Source: a virus
Taxonomy: Duplodnaviria; Caudoviricetes
Direction: 5' to 3' (one strand)
Virus record (IMG/VR): IMGVR_UViG_3300025082_000008
Location: 1 to 59,582 of that record
Length of the DNA stretch: 59,582 nucleotides
The position numbers and the translations under genes were made by a program. The notes beneath the pieces were generated by a model. It saw only the letters and a program-made list of their open reading frames with translations, was not told the origin of the DNA and did no database searches. Shown here piece after piece: positions 1 through 11,535 of this stretch. Numbering within the stretch: position 1 is the first letter of the stretch; every line of letters starts with the position of its first letter.

Positions 1-2
1 AT

Positions 3-632
3 GATGGCATATGGTATAACACAGGCGGCTACGGCCCAGACGGAGGCGCTAACCCCTACACAGGCTCTCGAGGAAAAGATATGTGGCAGAACTCGACTTA
101 CGGAACGATGCAGACAAATGGGATCACTATAAGGCCGAAGTACTATTTTAGTCATCGTCACTTCGGGCATTACGCAGACATGGCCAAGCAAGGCCGTGAC
201 TCAAAGATGCTGATGTCACTAGCTTCAGCCCACGGAGGCACGCTCGCAGGAGATGCCCGCGTGAGGCGCTCAGCGACATCCAGACATAGCCTGCCGTCGC
301 CTGTGCAAGTGAAGCTAGTGTCTGGTGCTGTGACAGAAGGTGCGAAGATCAAGAACTACTATCTTGAGTCACATCCAGCTAGCCTGTTTCACATTACTGA
401 AAGCATTGCAAGTGACACAGAAGGACAGATGCTTTTCATCTACACTAAAGGGAACGTAAGTCTTCAGTCGACATCATCATTCGGCTGGTCAGAGTCTGGA
501 TCTGGTCGTGTCGTTAACGTACCGCTATATAATTTGTTTGCAATGCTCGAGTTCGGATGGGTCACAGCAGAGCAGATGTCTGCTGCATCAGCCTATGCAA
601 ACATTGCAACGAGAATGATGGTCCCAGATTAA
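3..632 (+). CDS. 3' part of a gene truncated by the left window edge; hypothetical, probably virion structural protein
   Basis: The frame of ORF 81..632 is open back to position 3 (DGIWYNTGGYGPDGGANPYTGSRGKD-MW...), so the ATG at 81 is probably internal. Confidence 0.7.
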   Translation, partial: DGIWYNTGGYGPDGGANPYTGSRGKDMWQNSTYGTMQTNGITIRPKYYFSHRHFGHYADMAKQGRDSKMLMSLASAHGGTLAGDARVRRSATSRHSLPSPVQVKLVSGAVTEGAKIKNYYLESHPASLFHITESIASDTEGQMLFIYTKGNVSLQSTSSFGWSESGSGRVVNVPLYNLFAMLEFGWVTAEQMSAASAYANIATRMMVPD

Positions 633-706
633 TTTTTAATTGATGACAGACCATAATTTTTATCTAGCGGATAATTATTGTATGATAAGAACAGGGAAGT
701 GATTAA

Positions 707-1753
707 ATGGCAGGGATACTTGACAAAAAGACGAGATTTATTGACTATGTAATCACACAAGAGGGCAAGCGACAGTTAGCGTCAGGGAAGATGCGCGCGA
801 TGTATGCTTCTGTTACAGATATGCACACATTCTATGACGTCAATGAGCATGATGATGTGAATAATAGAATATTCTTTCAGGTCATGGAACGCCCTGAGAA
901 TGTCATTGTCTTAGAGAAGGATGACAGCGGAAGCCTCATTGACTTTAATTTTTCACCGACAGGCAGCATAGTTGGTAACGATATATTTGATAAGGATGCA
1001 ACAGCTACAAACATCCTGAAGCTAACGGCTGTCACAGGATCAAAGTTTGCCAGCACAAGCGACCAGATCCTGCGGTCTTTCTTGACACACTTCAAGCGAA
1101 ACACTATGGTAGGCACTTACTTTTCTAACGGGTCCAATGACTTCAGATTAAATCGTAAGCGCTTAAACTTTTCAATTAGTAATTCTGTTCCGTTTGAGCA
1201 TGGACCTCAAGGTGAGACGATTAATGTCAATAATGCTGAGCCGTTCTTTTTTGATTCAAAGTTAACACACTTAAAAAACTTCATGTTCCTCCCGCCTGTC
1301 AACACAGACGGCTCACCATATGGTGTTCATAAAGACTTAAGAAGCACAAAAAAAGAGACGCTACGAATGATCAAACGTGAGTTAGGCGTAGGTGCATTTG
1401 ACTCTGACACACTTGAAGTAGAAGATAATTATCGTGCTAGAGTTGACAAAATGGGTGACTTCAGCGTCATAAATAGAAATAAGCTGAAGTCTGTCAACAC
1501 GAGCATGCCAAAAGAGTTCAAGACAGTTATTTTTAAGAAGACATCAAGAGATAATAATTTGTTAATACAGTTATTTGAAAACAGTAAAAATGCAAAACTT
1601 ACAAAGCTTGATATCATCGATGCCGGAGCATTCTATGATAGGAAGGCAACAAACGGAAGGAATGAGAAGCGAATTTTTTATGTAGGAAAGATATACTTTG
1701 ATGACTTTAAGGTTCCAACATTCATAAACATATTTACGTTAGTATTTGATTGA
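707..1753 (+). CDS. Putative virion structural (baseplate/tail-associated) protein
   Basis: 348 aa; N-terminus MAGILDKKTRFIDYVITQEGKRQLA resembles that of 11536..12231; lies in the structural cluster. Confidence 0.55.
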   Translation: MAGILDKKTRFIDYVITQEGKRQLASGKMRAMYASVTDMHTFYDVNEHDDVNNRIFFQVMERPENVIVLEKDDSGSLIDFNFSPTGSIVGNDIFDKDATATNILKLTAVTGSKFASTSDQILRSFLTHFKRNTMVGTYFSNGSNDFRLNRKRLNFSISNSVPFEHGPQGETINVNNAEPFFFDSKLTHLKNFMFLPPVNTDGSPYGVHKDLRSTKKETLRMIKRELGVGAFDSDTLEVEDNYRARVDKMGDFSVINRNKLKSVNTSMPKEFKTVIFKKTSRDNNLLIQLFENSKNAKLTKLDIIDAGAFYDRKATNGRNEKRIFYVGKIYFDDFKVPTFINIFTLVFD

Positions 1754-1761
1754 GTTAATAG

Positions 1762-4569
1762 ATGAAAGTTTTAGTAGACAAACATGATATCTTTGTGAAT
1801 CCGCAAGACCTGGATTATAAAATATCAACAAAACCAAAGATCACCAAAATAACTAAGTACTACGAGCCCAGTCTCGATCGTATTCAGAAGGTGCTCGAAA
1901 TAGAACTATACTGTGTTGTAGATCAAAGAAATCTCTATGAGGGGAAAGTTAGAAAAATAGAAGCGTATTTAAGTGAGAATAGTATTGATTTTTATAACTC
2001 ACCTGACGCTAGTGCATATGCAGATGCAGACATGACTGATCCTTTAGAAGTAAATAATATTTCGTATGATATCGTAAGCATTCGTGAAGATAAAGAAGTT
2101 AAAAAGTACAATGACATGGCGTACTTAACATCATTTGAACCATATCGAAATTTTAATAAAGTTCCTGCAAAAATGATTAATATACGCAAACTAACTGATG
2201 AGCAGGCATTTGGAAGTAGAGCAAGATATAAAATTGTAAGTCGCCGCAGCAGAAATTCAAATTCATCAAGTAATAGACGACAATCTGCAACAACGAGTTC
2301 AACTATCTTAGATTTCTTTGAGTCTACCGGCCGAACTGCATCCGGAACAAAGATTCAAGAGACAGAGAAAAATACTAAAAATTATGGCCGCGCTTTTAAG
2401 AATAGATATCATATGATAACATCTCAGGGCCGTGACCCTATGTCTATTTTTCAGCATCCCGAAGATGGCCAGGGTATGGTCGCGTTTTTCAAAGGTGTGA
2501 AGTGTATTGATAAACCTGCTATACATAATCATAGGCTGAGAAAGATTGTAAAAAAGTATGCAACACAACAGATGGAAAAAAATCCTAGTGTAGCAACGTC
2601 TGTTAAAAAAATACGTGTGTCTCGAAGGGTTAAAAGGCTAAAGACAAAACTTAAGCTAACTGCAAAACAGCTCATACAGCTGTCAACAGTTGGTGATGAG
2701 CTTCTTATTTTTGCGTACGATAAGGAAGGAAATAAAATAGACAGTACAGGATATCAGCTAAATGCAAAACAGATACTTAGAAGCATAAAAGCAAAAAGGC
2801 CTGTTACAAAATTTCACGCAACGTCAACAAGAAATATAAGAGGGAAAATTATTACAACAATTCAAAACTATGATAAGCGCCCAGTCCACTTGAACGTCTA
2901 CACAAAGAAAATTTTTAATTATTACCCTAATACAAGAAGTGAATTTCTAAAAACAGATGATGATGTCTTTATTAAAGGAAAGGGCAGGGCCACTATAATT
3001 GATGGAATGGATGAAAAGTCAGGTGACCTCACACCTCTTTTTGGAACGTCAACACCTGTCTTTCATAGATTTACAGCAGACTATGATGATTATGAGTTAG
3101 CAAACTCCGCATGTTCATTTGTGGGACCAGTTAGAGGCAGCAACGATAAACCGTATTGCAGCTTTTATGCAAAAGTAATAAATGATGCAGATACTCCAAG
3201 AATCAGAATCCGAGTGAGCAATGTATCGCAGGGTGTGAATAGTTTTAGAGTTCTTAAGCGTGTTGTTAGCACTAGCTTAAGAGGACAAAACTATATAATG
3301 TTAAGAGATGAAAACTTTGCTGTGCAGCGTGATGTGTTTATCACAAGTCAAGATGATACTGAAGCAGGCAATTATTCAGTTGATGACTATGATATCGAAG
3401 ATGATGTAACTTATGAGTATGTGGTCCAGATGAGAACTACTGCAGGTATAAAATATACAACTGGACACACATGTTTTGAAAAGTACATGAAACCTAGCTC
3501 CGCCCTTTCATTGACAGTTAAAAATGCCAAATTTTCTCCTAAGACGTCTGTCAACAAAGATGTACCCTATGCATCAACTGTCAAGACTTCATTTCTTGTG
3601 AGTGTTAATGTAATAGAATCAGATGTCGATAAGCTTCTAAACTCTGTTCATGGAGACGCGCATGAGCTGTTTAAGGATGAATTTTCTTCTGTAAAAGACG
3701 CGTCAAACCTGATATACGGTGTTAAAGTTCATAGGATCAACAGGGGGACAGGCGAGACTAATTATGTTGGTAACTTTAAAGCAGCAAAGTCAAAGACAAG
3801 TAGTGAAAAAACAGAAATTGAAGGCTATGAGCAGGCAATATTTTGTACTGTTACTGATACACACTCACCATTTTACAATTATGAGTATAAAATTGAGCCC
3901 TATATTATGCCACCGTCTCATGTCTTAGATAAAGTAGACGGCCTTATTGCAAACTTGGCAAGAAAAAACTTTAAGAAAAATACATTGGCCACAAAATTCG
4001 CAGCATCAGCAGCTGCTATAAGAAAAAATTCAGCATCTAAAACACTTGTAAGCTCTGTAGGGTCAAAATTTGCATCAGTAAAGTCAAACAAGGGTGCTAT
4101 CTCTAGTAACAGGTCACTACTTACAACAAACTCTGATGAATTATTCTCTGAGGGTTTAACTGGAGATATACTGTATTTTCCAGTCAAGAGTGCATTTGGT
4201 GATTACTTTAAGAAGGCAAATTTTTTATCAAAAGGCACAGTTAAAAAGTTAACATATTTTCAAAGGCACAGATCGCCATCCATCGCGCGAATCAGAAAAT
4301 CATATACGAAGGTGCGAATGAAAATTGATGGCGATGATAGATTTGTAGACTTCTACATTATTCTTAAGAGAGAAAATGCGCAAAAAGATTTACTTATTGA
4401 TGGTGCTGTACACAGTTGGGATTCCCATGGCACTTCTCAGGTTTATAATTTTATCTCTAAATGCGTGGGGAGTTTTGGTGCAATTGAGTATTTTGTTATA
4501 CCTGTTGCTAAAGATGGAACGCTGGGTGCTTTATCACCTATCGGAGCAATTTTAATAGATGAAGAGTAA
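1762..4569 (+). CDS. Large hypothetical protein, probably virion-associated, with FN3/Ig-like segments
   Basis: 935 aa; beta-sandwich-like patterns (VNSFRVLKR...YSVDDYDIEDDVTYEYVVQ; VTDTHSPFYNYEYKIEP); tightly packed with neighbours. Confidence 0.5.
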   Translation: MKVLVDKHDIFVNPQDLDYKISTKPKITKITKYYEPSLDRIQKVLEIELYCVVDQRNLYEGKVRKIEAYLSENSIDFYNSPDASAYADADMTDPLEVNNISYDIVSIREDKEVKKYNDMAYLTSFEPYRNFNKVPAKMINIRKLTDEQAFGSRARYKIVSRRSRNSNSSSNRRQSATTSSTILDFFESTGRTASGTKIQETEKNTKNYGRAFKNRYHMITSQGRDPMSIFQHPEDGQGMVAFFKGVKCIDKPAIHNHRLRKIVKKYATQQMEKNPSVATSVKKIRVSRRVKRLKTKLKLTAKQLIQLSTVGDELLIFAYDKEGNKIDSTGYQLNAKQILRSIKAKRPVTKFHATSTRNIRGKIITTIQNYDKRPVHLNVYTKKIFNYYPNTRSEFLKTDDDVFIKGKGRATIIDGMDEKSGDLTPLFGTSTPVFHRFTADYDDYELANSACSFVGPVRGSNDKPYCSFYAKVINDADTPRIRIRVSNVSQGVNSFRVLKRVVSTSLRGQNYIMLRDENFAVQRDVFITSQDDTEAGNYSVDDYDIEDDVTYEYVVQMRTTAGIKYTTGHTCFEKYMKPSSALSLTVKNAKFSPKTSVNKDVPYASTVKTSFLVSVNVIESDVDKLLNSVHGDAHELFKDEFSSVKDASNLIYGVKVHRINRGTGETNYVGNFKAAKSKTSSEKTEIEGYEQAIFCTVTDTHSPFYNYEYKIEPYIMPPSHVLDKVDGLIANLARKNFKKNTLATKFAASAAAIRKNSASKTLVSSVGSKFASVKSNKGAISSNRSLLTTNSDELFSEGLTGDILYFPVKSAFGDYFKKANFLSKGTVKKLTYFQRHRSPSIARIRKSYTKVRMKIDGDDRFVDFYIILKRENAQKDLLIDGAVHSWDSHGTSQVYNFISKCVGSFGAIEYFVIPVAKDGTLGALSPIGAILIDEE

Positions 4570-4571
4570 AC

Positions 4572-7500
4572 ATGTCAATTAAACCAACAAACGCAAATTT
4601 TACTTTAAGCGCAAGCTTAAACAACCTTAGTAAACCAGTAAACTTAACTCTTGCAGGTATAAATCTCACTGATGATTCTTCATCATCTCTCGGCTCAGAG
4701 GGCTATGATACGATGACAAATGCGAATGCTGCTGATCGCTATGAGATACTTTACTTATCTGGGCTTAACCCCCTAAAAGCTCTTTTGATTGCTAACACAG
4801 AGTTTGTTCCCATTGCTGTGGGGGCCAAAAATGATGATTCGTCAACAATTAATTTAAATTTTGGGGAGGAAGAGAGCATAAGCGTAACAAATTGTGCACG
4901 CCTGATTGAGTTGCATAGGCAGATAAGAGAGTATATATTAAATACTGCAACTAGTCTACTTTCTAGATCGCAAGACTTCAATGTGAATAATTTTTATAAG
5001 TCGTTGCAGTATGTGCTTAACACAAAGCCTAAGAGTGCGGGATCATCTTCAAAGTCAAAAAGTAGAAGTAAGTCACCTGGAGGTTTGTCTGTCTCAAGAT
5101 CCCGCGTGCCGAATCCGAACACAGCAATTAGTATCGGCTCTTGTATTGATGCTTCCAATCCAACAATGTCTGGCACTGTGAATAATATCATAAAAAAACT
5201 TCAAAGTACGCCACACACAGCAGGCAAGCTGTCAGTCAGCAAGACTCAAAGTTTTAAGTTAAACTCACTTCGTGCTGTAGCAACACAACATAAAAATAGT
5301 CCTCTACTTAAATCAATTGTAGAATATATTTTATATGAAAAAATAATTCTTGATGCCATCGAGTACTTAAGCGGGATCTTACGGATCAAGTCAGACTTAG
5401 AGGACAATTACTCGCTCAGTATGATGGAAATGAAAGGATCTTCATTTGATGATTTAGACATAGGATTTGGTGGCATGCAAGTTGATTTTGATGAGCTTTC
5501 TAATACCGGGATGTTGGGTGATCGCACCGGTGCAGCATCCGTTGCTACGACAGTCAAGGGTGCCGGTGTCATAAGGAATAATATGGGTCTGTCATTTGAC
5601 AGCACTGCTAGTAATATTGATGAGTACTTCAACTTATTGACCTCATTGGCATCAAAAATTTTACTAAATGACTCTGCAACTGTATTGCAGTCTTTTAAGA
5701 GTAATGATAAGAATACCAGTATGTCCGGCGGACAGGTCATTGTTCAGAAAGAAGGTGACTTAAGAGAAGCTATGGTGAGACTGTCAAAAATTAGATTCTC
5801 AGCTGTTGTCCCTTCTGAAGAGAGGGTAACATCATTAAGCTCGACACAAATTCTATCTGACGAGAATATTGAAAAAATTGAAGGTGCAATTTCTGATGAT
5901 CTTGTTGGAACATACGCTGAGCTACTTGTTGCGGCCACCTTTGATAGCATATATGAAATGACAGGTAGATGTGATGTGGAACTTAAGTTACCCAAAGTAT
6001 TGCCCCAGGGCGGCTCAAGTAGACTAAACCCATCAGCCAAGTCAGCAACAGGAAAAGCAACAATCGTATCGTACTTAAAATACGCGCTAGGTGACATGAT
6101 ACCTGATTCCGCCGCTAGCGATAAGGATATAAAAAGTCATACACTGAGTAAAAAGGAATATTCAGCTATAAGAGTACCCAGAGGAAGCCGCGGAACTAGA
6201 GCTAATGTGACTAATTTAGGCGTTTTGGGTGAATTTTTATCAAGAATAGAGAAGGCTTCTGACGGATTGAACTATATTCCCCTAGAGAGCACAATTGGAA
6301 AGCTAAATGCAAAAACTGGTAGCACTTCTTTCTATACAGGCCCAGAGGCTTTTATTGATAGAGCCTTACAAGCAGGTGATATCAAGTTTGAAGAATTTTC
6401 AAAATTTGTCGACATGTATATGGATGTGACAGAGGCTTTTGCAGAGGATATTCTTAAGCTGACAAATTGTGGGTATGGTCATTTGACAACAAACAAGAAT
6501 TCAAAAATAACACCGCTAGGAGCGTTATCACCTTCTGGCTGCATTGAATCGTTACTATGCTCGCTAGGGAAGGATATAAAGCGGGGGGCTGAGACATCAA
6601 AAGCAATCCCAGGTTTAGCATATACTGCTATGTATAGCTACGGAGTTGAAAATAGAAGAAATTGTTTCCAGGCATCTTTGCTCGGCCTGCTGGCCTCTGG
6701 TGTATGGACAGGCCTCGGGACAGCTACAGCAAGACTTGATACTAGCGCTACAAAAGATGCTGCTGAGGAAAACCAGAATAAAGTTGAAGCAATGGCCAAC
6801 GTTCTGTATTTTGCGCATGAGGCGAGAACAGAGAAACTAACGATCAATCTTTTGTATGCGCAAGCAAAAGTCAAGAAGTTACAGACTATGTCCAGAAAGT
6901 ATTTTATGAATGATGACGAGAAGTACAAAGTTGTTATAACTGATGACAAACATAGTTGGTTAACTGACAAAGACAAAGATCTACACAAATTAGGAAAAAG
7001 CAAATACGTAATTCAGCGAGAAGCAAATAAGCCTGATGAGTTTGAAGAGGCCTCAGCGCTGCACGCACTCGGGGACGCTGGCCATTTTTCGTTCAAGATA
7101 ATGAAAAAGTCTGGTGATACAGACTTAGCAGATGCTTTTAGAATGAGAGACATTGACGGTAGTATTTTAGCAACTTCTATTGCGATTGGATTATTAGCAG
7201 CTGTTGCAATAGGAAGTGGCGGACTTGCCGTCTTTGCAGCTGCGTGGGGGGTAATGCTTCCTGTAGCCATAGGCGCAGCAGTTGGAGCAGCCAGCGCTGC
7301 AGTCACAATTGGAGTAGCAAAATCAATTAGATCAAGAGACAATCTAACTCAGGACCAGCAGGAATCAATGGCATTCCAGGGCCCGCAACTGAGTAGATAT
7401 GCTGGTGCATTTAATACTTTCCTCATGGATGAACACCTAACTAACGATCCAGAAACAAGCAGAGCAACAGAGTACTCAAGAATGTCAAATTCTATAGGTG

Positions 7501-9311
7501 AGAATGCTTCACATGATTTTTTTGCAACACTTCTTGACACAGAAAAATCTGCATTCATAGGCAGTGCATCAAATCATATCCGTAGTGGCAAAAAATTCCA
7601 GTGGCGATGGCGAACAACAGTGAGAAACTACGGACCAATATATAGTCTCGGCATGCATCAAAGAGCTTGGGTATGGTGGAACTGGTCTGCACAGTGTATA
7701 CAAAGATACACGACTGTTAGACTTTCGTCTAATAATCCTGGTGGTGCAAACAATGCGTATGTGAAAATTCATATGTATAAAGACCAGATTAACGCTATTG
7801 GGGATGCATTTTGGGATGTGGGTAATGGCGCAACTTCATACTCATTCCCTCCGCACCCGAATGCGTTATTTTCTCTTTGGTATGAGAACAGTTATAAGCA
7901 CGCGTATCACGCAGCAAGAGAGATAGTGAAAAAGGCTCAAATAAGAGAGCAACAAATTGTTGGACTGTGTTTAGCACTTATGACGCACGCAAAGAACTTA
8001 GGGCGATATCGAGATAAATTCATCAAGTATATAAAGACAGGTGATGGCACAAAAACAAAAGCACTTGCAATTAAAGCGCTGAGAGAAAACAAGATATACG
8101 GTAAGTCTGTCAAACTATTAACAAAAGAGAAGGTGAGTCAGATGTATGCAGACTATCTAACATCTTTTAAGTCTGTTAATGGCACACCACTATACTCTTA
8201 CGATGACACTTATAACTTGACTTCATTGAAGTTAATGTATAAGGTGCTCTCGCAGAGAGGCTATGGGCTATTAGAAGGCAGAGGAAAAGAGCTTAGAGGT
8301 AATAAGACTGTTCTTCATGTAGGTGTGACAAATTCAATGATAGCAACTATGAGACTTGATGCATACAAAGACACAGGAGACAGAAAGTATTTAAATTCGT
8401 CAAAGATTTGTATTAATGTCTATAAGAAAAATCAGTTAAACTCATATGAGCTATTGTATCCCAAAGCATATATTTTTGACATGTCAGCACACATACTAGA
8501 TATAGATCAAAATGGAGACCATTTATCTCATATATCAGACTTTCAAGAGACATGGAATCTATCTGATGTTATTAAAAACACATCAGTTACAAGATGGACA
8601 GATCAAGGTGATAATCCTGGATTAGAAACAGATGCGTATACAGATGACTTTAGGGCAGTTATTGGAAAGGGTATGACAGCAAAGGGGATAAATGATAAAG
8701 ATGTTTTTATTAATCATATGTTCGATTATTCATTTAAGCTGTATTATAGACTCACGCTAGGAATTGATATAAAGGAGCGCACGTATCTCCTAGGGAAGAA
8801 TATTATAGAGCATGATAACGTAACTGCAACAAGAAGTGTGGGACAAGCTGCATTGCAAGCGCAGTATGATTCACTGGAAGGTAAAGTTACTGAAATGTAT
8901 CCTGCTGCTAATCTTGATCCTCTACTATCATCAGAGATGTTCAGAGTTTTAAACGTCATAAAAGCATCAAGTCTTTATAGCGGCCTGAATAAGATAAAGA
9001 AAGTGTTTAATCCAAAAATGTTTGATAGAGTGTTTGCAGTACTAGTCAATGAAAAAGATTTCGTAGTTCATAAGGACTCGCTATCAAAGGATTGGCTAGA
9101 CATATATCAGAGCGAGCCTTCATTTGAGTATACATCGAAGCTCTATAGACCTGACGTAGTTGATGATTTTTCAGGAGATATCTCTTCATCGACTCAGGTT
9201 AATAACATTACAACTGTGACAAAGAAGTATAAAGCATCTTGTTTTAATAACTACCCAGAAGTGTATACTTATTATGTTAACATTTCACTGTTACCTGATG
9301 ACGCTTACTAA
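4572..9311 (+). CDS. Very large hypothetical protein with an internal hydrophobic hairpin
   Basis: 1579 aa ORF; about 50 uncharged residues encoded at ~7161-7320. Confidence 0.55.
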   Translation: MSIKPTNANFTLSASLNNLSKPVNLTLAGINLTDDSSSSLGSEGYDTMTNANAADRYEILYLSGLNPLKALLIANTEFVPIAVGAKNDDSSTINLNFGEEESISVTNCARLIELHRQIREYILNTATSLLSRSQDFNVNNFYKSLQYVLNTKPKSAGSSSKSKSRSKSPGGLSVSRSRVPNPNTAISIGSCIDASNPTMSGTVNNIIKKLQSTPHTAGKLSVSKTQSFKLNSLRAVATQHKNSPLLKSIVEYILYEKIILDAIEYLSGILRIKSDLEDNYSLSMMEMKGSSFDDLDIGFGGMQVDFDELSNTGMLGDRTGAASVATTVKGAGVIRNNMGLSFDSTASNIDEYFNLLTSLASKILLNDSATVLQSFKSNDKNTSMSGGQVIVQKEGDLREAMVRLSKIRFSAVVPSEERVTSLSSTQILSDENIEKIEGAISDDLVGTYAELLVAATFDSIYEMTGRCDVELKLPKVLPQGGSSRLNPSAKSATGKATIVSYLKYALGDMIPDSAASDKDIKSHTLSKKEYSAIRVPRGSRGTRANVTNLGVLGEFLSRIEKASDGLNYIPLESTIGKLNAKTGSTSFYTGPEAFIDRALQAGDIKFEEFSKFVDMYMDVTEAFAEDILKLTNCGYGHLTTNKNSKITPLGALSPSGCIESLLCSLGKDIKRGAETSKAIPGLAYTAMYSYGVENRRNCFQASLLGLLASGVWTGLGTATARLDTSATKDAAEENQNKVEAMANVLYFAHEARTEKLTINLLYAQAKVKKLQTMSRKYFMNDDEKYKVVITDDKHSWLTDKDKDLHKLGKSKYVIQREANKPDEFEEASALHALGDAGHFSFKIMKKSGDTDLADAFRMRDIDGSILATSIAIGLLAAVAIGSGGLAVFAAAWGVMLPVAIGAAVGAASAAVTIGVAKSIRSRDNLTQDQQESMAFQGPQLSRYAGAFNTFLMDEHLTNDPETSRATEYSRMSNSIGENASHDFFATLLDTEKSAFIGSASNHIRSGKKFQWRWRTTVRNYGPIYSLGMHQRAWVWWNWSAQCIQRYTTVRLSSNNPGGANNAYVKIHMYKDQINAIGDAFWDVGNGATSYSFPPHPNALFSLWYENSYKHAYHAAREIVKKAQIREQQIVGLCLALMTHAKNLGRYRDKFIKYIKTGDGTKTKALAIKALRENKIYGKSVKLLTKEKVSQMYADYLTSFKSVNGTPLYSYDDTYNLTSLKLMYKVLSQRGYGLLEGRGKELRGNKTVLHVGVTNSMIATMRLDAYKDTGDRKYLNSSKICINVYKKNQLNSYELLYPKAYIFDMSAHILDIDQNGDHLSHISDFQETWNLSDVIKNTSVTRWTDQGDNPGLETDAYTDDFRAVIGKGMTAKGINDKDVFINHMFDYSFKLYYRLTLGIDIKERTYLLGKNIIEHDNVTATRSVGQAALQAQYDSLEGKVTEMYPAANLDPLLSSEMFRVLNVIKASSLYSGLNKIKKVFNPKMFDRVFAVLVNEKDFVVHKDSLSKDWLDIYQSEPSFEYTSKLYRPDVVDDFSGDISSSTQVNNITTVTKKYKASCFNNYPEVYTYYVNISLLPDDAY

Positions 9312-9328
9312 CACAGGCAAGTAGCTAC

Positions 9329-11476
9329 ATGGCAATTACAAAAAATAAATCAACATCGTCGAAAGGACTTTCTAGCACTTTAAGCACAGCAGTTGTGTCA
9401 GGAAAAGCTCGCTCCGGTACCAACAAGTCTTCTGTTGTAGAGATTGAAAATCCACAATTTGATGTTCATGACATGATAGGTGTAACATCGGGCCGCGAAA
9501 GTTACGTATCTCTACCTGCTAACAGAATTAATATTCCTGAAGTTAGAAGAGCAAAGGCGGAGTTTGTTTATAATTACTTTGTTAAAGACGAGCGCGTAAA
9601 AAAGAGTACCGGTCTTTCGAAGGATAAAATTCTCGATCTTGGTGTTGACTTTAGTAATGAAATATTCTTCCAAATGTCAAATGATAGGATGCCACGATAC
9701 GTGAAATTATCGTTTAAACCTCCCAAGACATACGGAATTATTAAAAAGTCGACAGTATCTAAATTCATCGAGGACAACTTAGATAAAATAACTATTGAAG
9801 GTGCATCGTCAAATACTTATTTTACAGGAATAGAATTTATTGACACAGGCAAGGAAAAAGAAATATACTCACTTTTAAACTCAACAATGTTTTTTACAGA
9901 CATAGTCACAGCGGAAGGTTCTCCGCAAGATGCTGCTGAGGCGCTTTATGATACACTTGAAGAGAAAGGAGGTTTGTTCGGAAAAGACAAGCGATTACTC
10001 AAGGAGGGTCTTAGCAATATGCAATCATCAGGTTATGTTCTCGCAGCATCAGATGTTCCTCCAGAAATTGCAGAATTCTCAGACGACCCGTTGACAAAGC
10101 AAAACTTTTCAGTTCAATTTAATAATTTGACAATATCAGAGACAGTGAAAACCGCGACAAGAATACCTGACACAGTTTTTCAAGATGAGTTCAGAGCACT
10201 TGACTCGTTCTCAGAAGGCATAAAAACAAAAATGTTGAAAACTGTTAATCCGTCAAAGATATCTGACACACAGTATGAGATGACAGTTAAAGCAGTAGAA
10301 ATAAAGACACTTTCTGATAAGACACTTTACCCTAACAGAACAAGGAATGTAAGAAATTTTGGAGCAAGGAAGGGTCGAAAGAACTATGCTAATAGAAAAT
10401 CTTTGTATGATAAGTACCCACAAATAAAGCTAGCAGGTTATATAATACAAAAGTATGAAGTTGACACGGATGAATCGACAACATTCTTGGGTACAATGTA
10501 CTCAAATAATACTAACGGGCTGTACATAGTTGATAAGGATGTGCGATACGGTGGGAACTACATATACAAGATAAGAACAATTGCAGAAGTTGACACTATT
10601 GTGACAACATCAACAGCTTCAGCATCTCAGAATTCACTGTCTTCTTTTGCAATTGCAAAGATGTTAGTCGCATCAGAAGGCGCCACTGTTAGTGCTACTT
10701 GCACTGAGTATGTTCCGCCGCCGCCTCCGGAGAATCTAAGGATAGGCTTTAACTTTAGGAGAAAACTTCCTTTTCTTTCATGGCAGTTTCCTTTGAATGT
10801 TCAGCGTGATATAAAAAGATTTCAGATATTCAAAAGGAAAAATCTTAGAAAACCCTTTACACTGATAGCTGAGCTTGACTTTGACGATTCAGTTATTAGA
10901 GGCGGTGTTGCAGAGATTGCGCTGGAAGAAAATGTGCACAGAACTGATCAACCTCGAGTGAACTATCTAGACAAGACGTTTAATTTAGGAGACACACCTA
11001 TATACGCAATAGCAAGCGTCGATGCGCATGGGATGAGCTCAAATTACAGCGCACAAATTAGAATGAGATATAATAAGTACACTAATAAGTTAACAACAAA
11101 GGTCCTGAGCGGCCCAAATGCACCGAAACCGTATCCTAATCTATTGCTGAACGTTGATGCATTCGATGATGCTATAAAAGTTAGCGGGTACGAACGAATG
11201 AAAGTTTTCTTTGATCCTGAGTATTACAAAGTGTACAAGAATGAGAAAGGTCAACGAGGAGAACGAGGCAAGGTGGACCGCGTTAAAAAAGAGTTATCTG
11301 TCAATTTCTTAAGGGTCAATCCAAATGTGGATACATATAAAATTCACATCATGAATTTAGACTTACAAAAAGATAGGATAGTCGGTGTCAGGATAGCTGA
11401 CTTCAGCGGCGCGCCTATAGGTGTCTCCCCGGCGAGCTTCTCTACGACAAACTTAAGTTTTGAGTTTGGAACATAA
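9329..11476 (+). CDS. Hypothetical virion protein with FN3-like domain
   Basis: 715 aa; PPPPENL...LSWQFP...IKRFQIFKR...YLDK...YAIASVDAHG is an FN3-type pattern. Confidence 0.55.
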   Translation: MAITKNKSTSSKGLSSTLSTAVVSGKARSGTNKSSVVEIENPQFDVHDMIGVTSGRESYVSLPANRINIPEVRRAKAEFVYNYFVKDERVKKSTGLSKDKILDLGVDFSNEIFFQMSNDRMPRYVKLSFKPPKTYGIIKKSTVSKFIEDNLDKITIEGASSNTYFTGIEFIDTGKEKEIYSLLNSTMFFTDIVTAEGSPQDAAEALYDTLEEKGGLFGKDKRLLKEGLSNMQSSGYVLAASDVPPEIAEFSDDPLTKQNFSVQFNNLTISETVKTATRIPDTVFQDEFRALDSFSEGIKTKMLKTVNPSKISDTQYEMTVKAVEIKTLSDKTLYPNRTRNVRNFGARKGRKNYANRKSLYDKYPQIKLAGYIIQKYEVDTDESTTFLGTMYSNNTNGLYIVDKDVRYGGNYIYKIRTIAEVDTIVTTSTASASQNSLSSFAIAKMLVASEGATVSATCTEYVPPPPPENLRIGFNFRRKLPFLSWQFPLNVQRDIKRFQIFKRKNLRKPFTLIAELDFDDSVIRGGVAEIALEENVHRTDQPRVNYLDKTFNLGDTPIYAIASVDAHGMSSNYSAQIRMRYNKYTNKLTTKVLSGPNAPKPYPNLLLNVDAFDDAIKVSGYERMKVFFDPEYYKVYKNEKGQRGERGKVDRVKKELSVNFLRVNPNVDTYKIHIMNLDLQKDRIVGVRIADFSGAPIGVSPASFSTTNLSFEFGT

Positions 11477-11535
11477 AAAGTTTACTTTAATTCGTCGTAA
11501 ATATATATTTATAAGCAGAAAGTGAGGAATAACAA

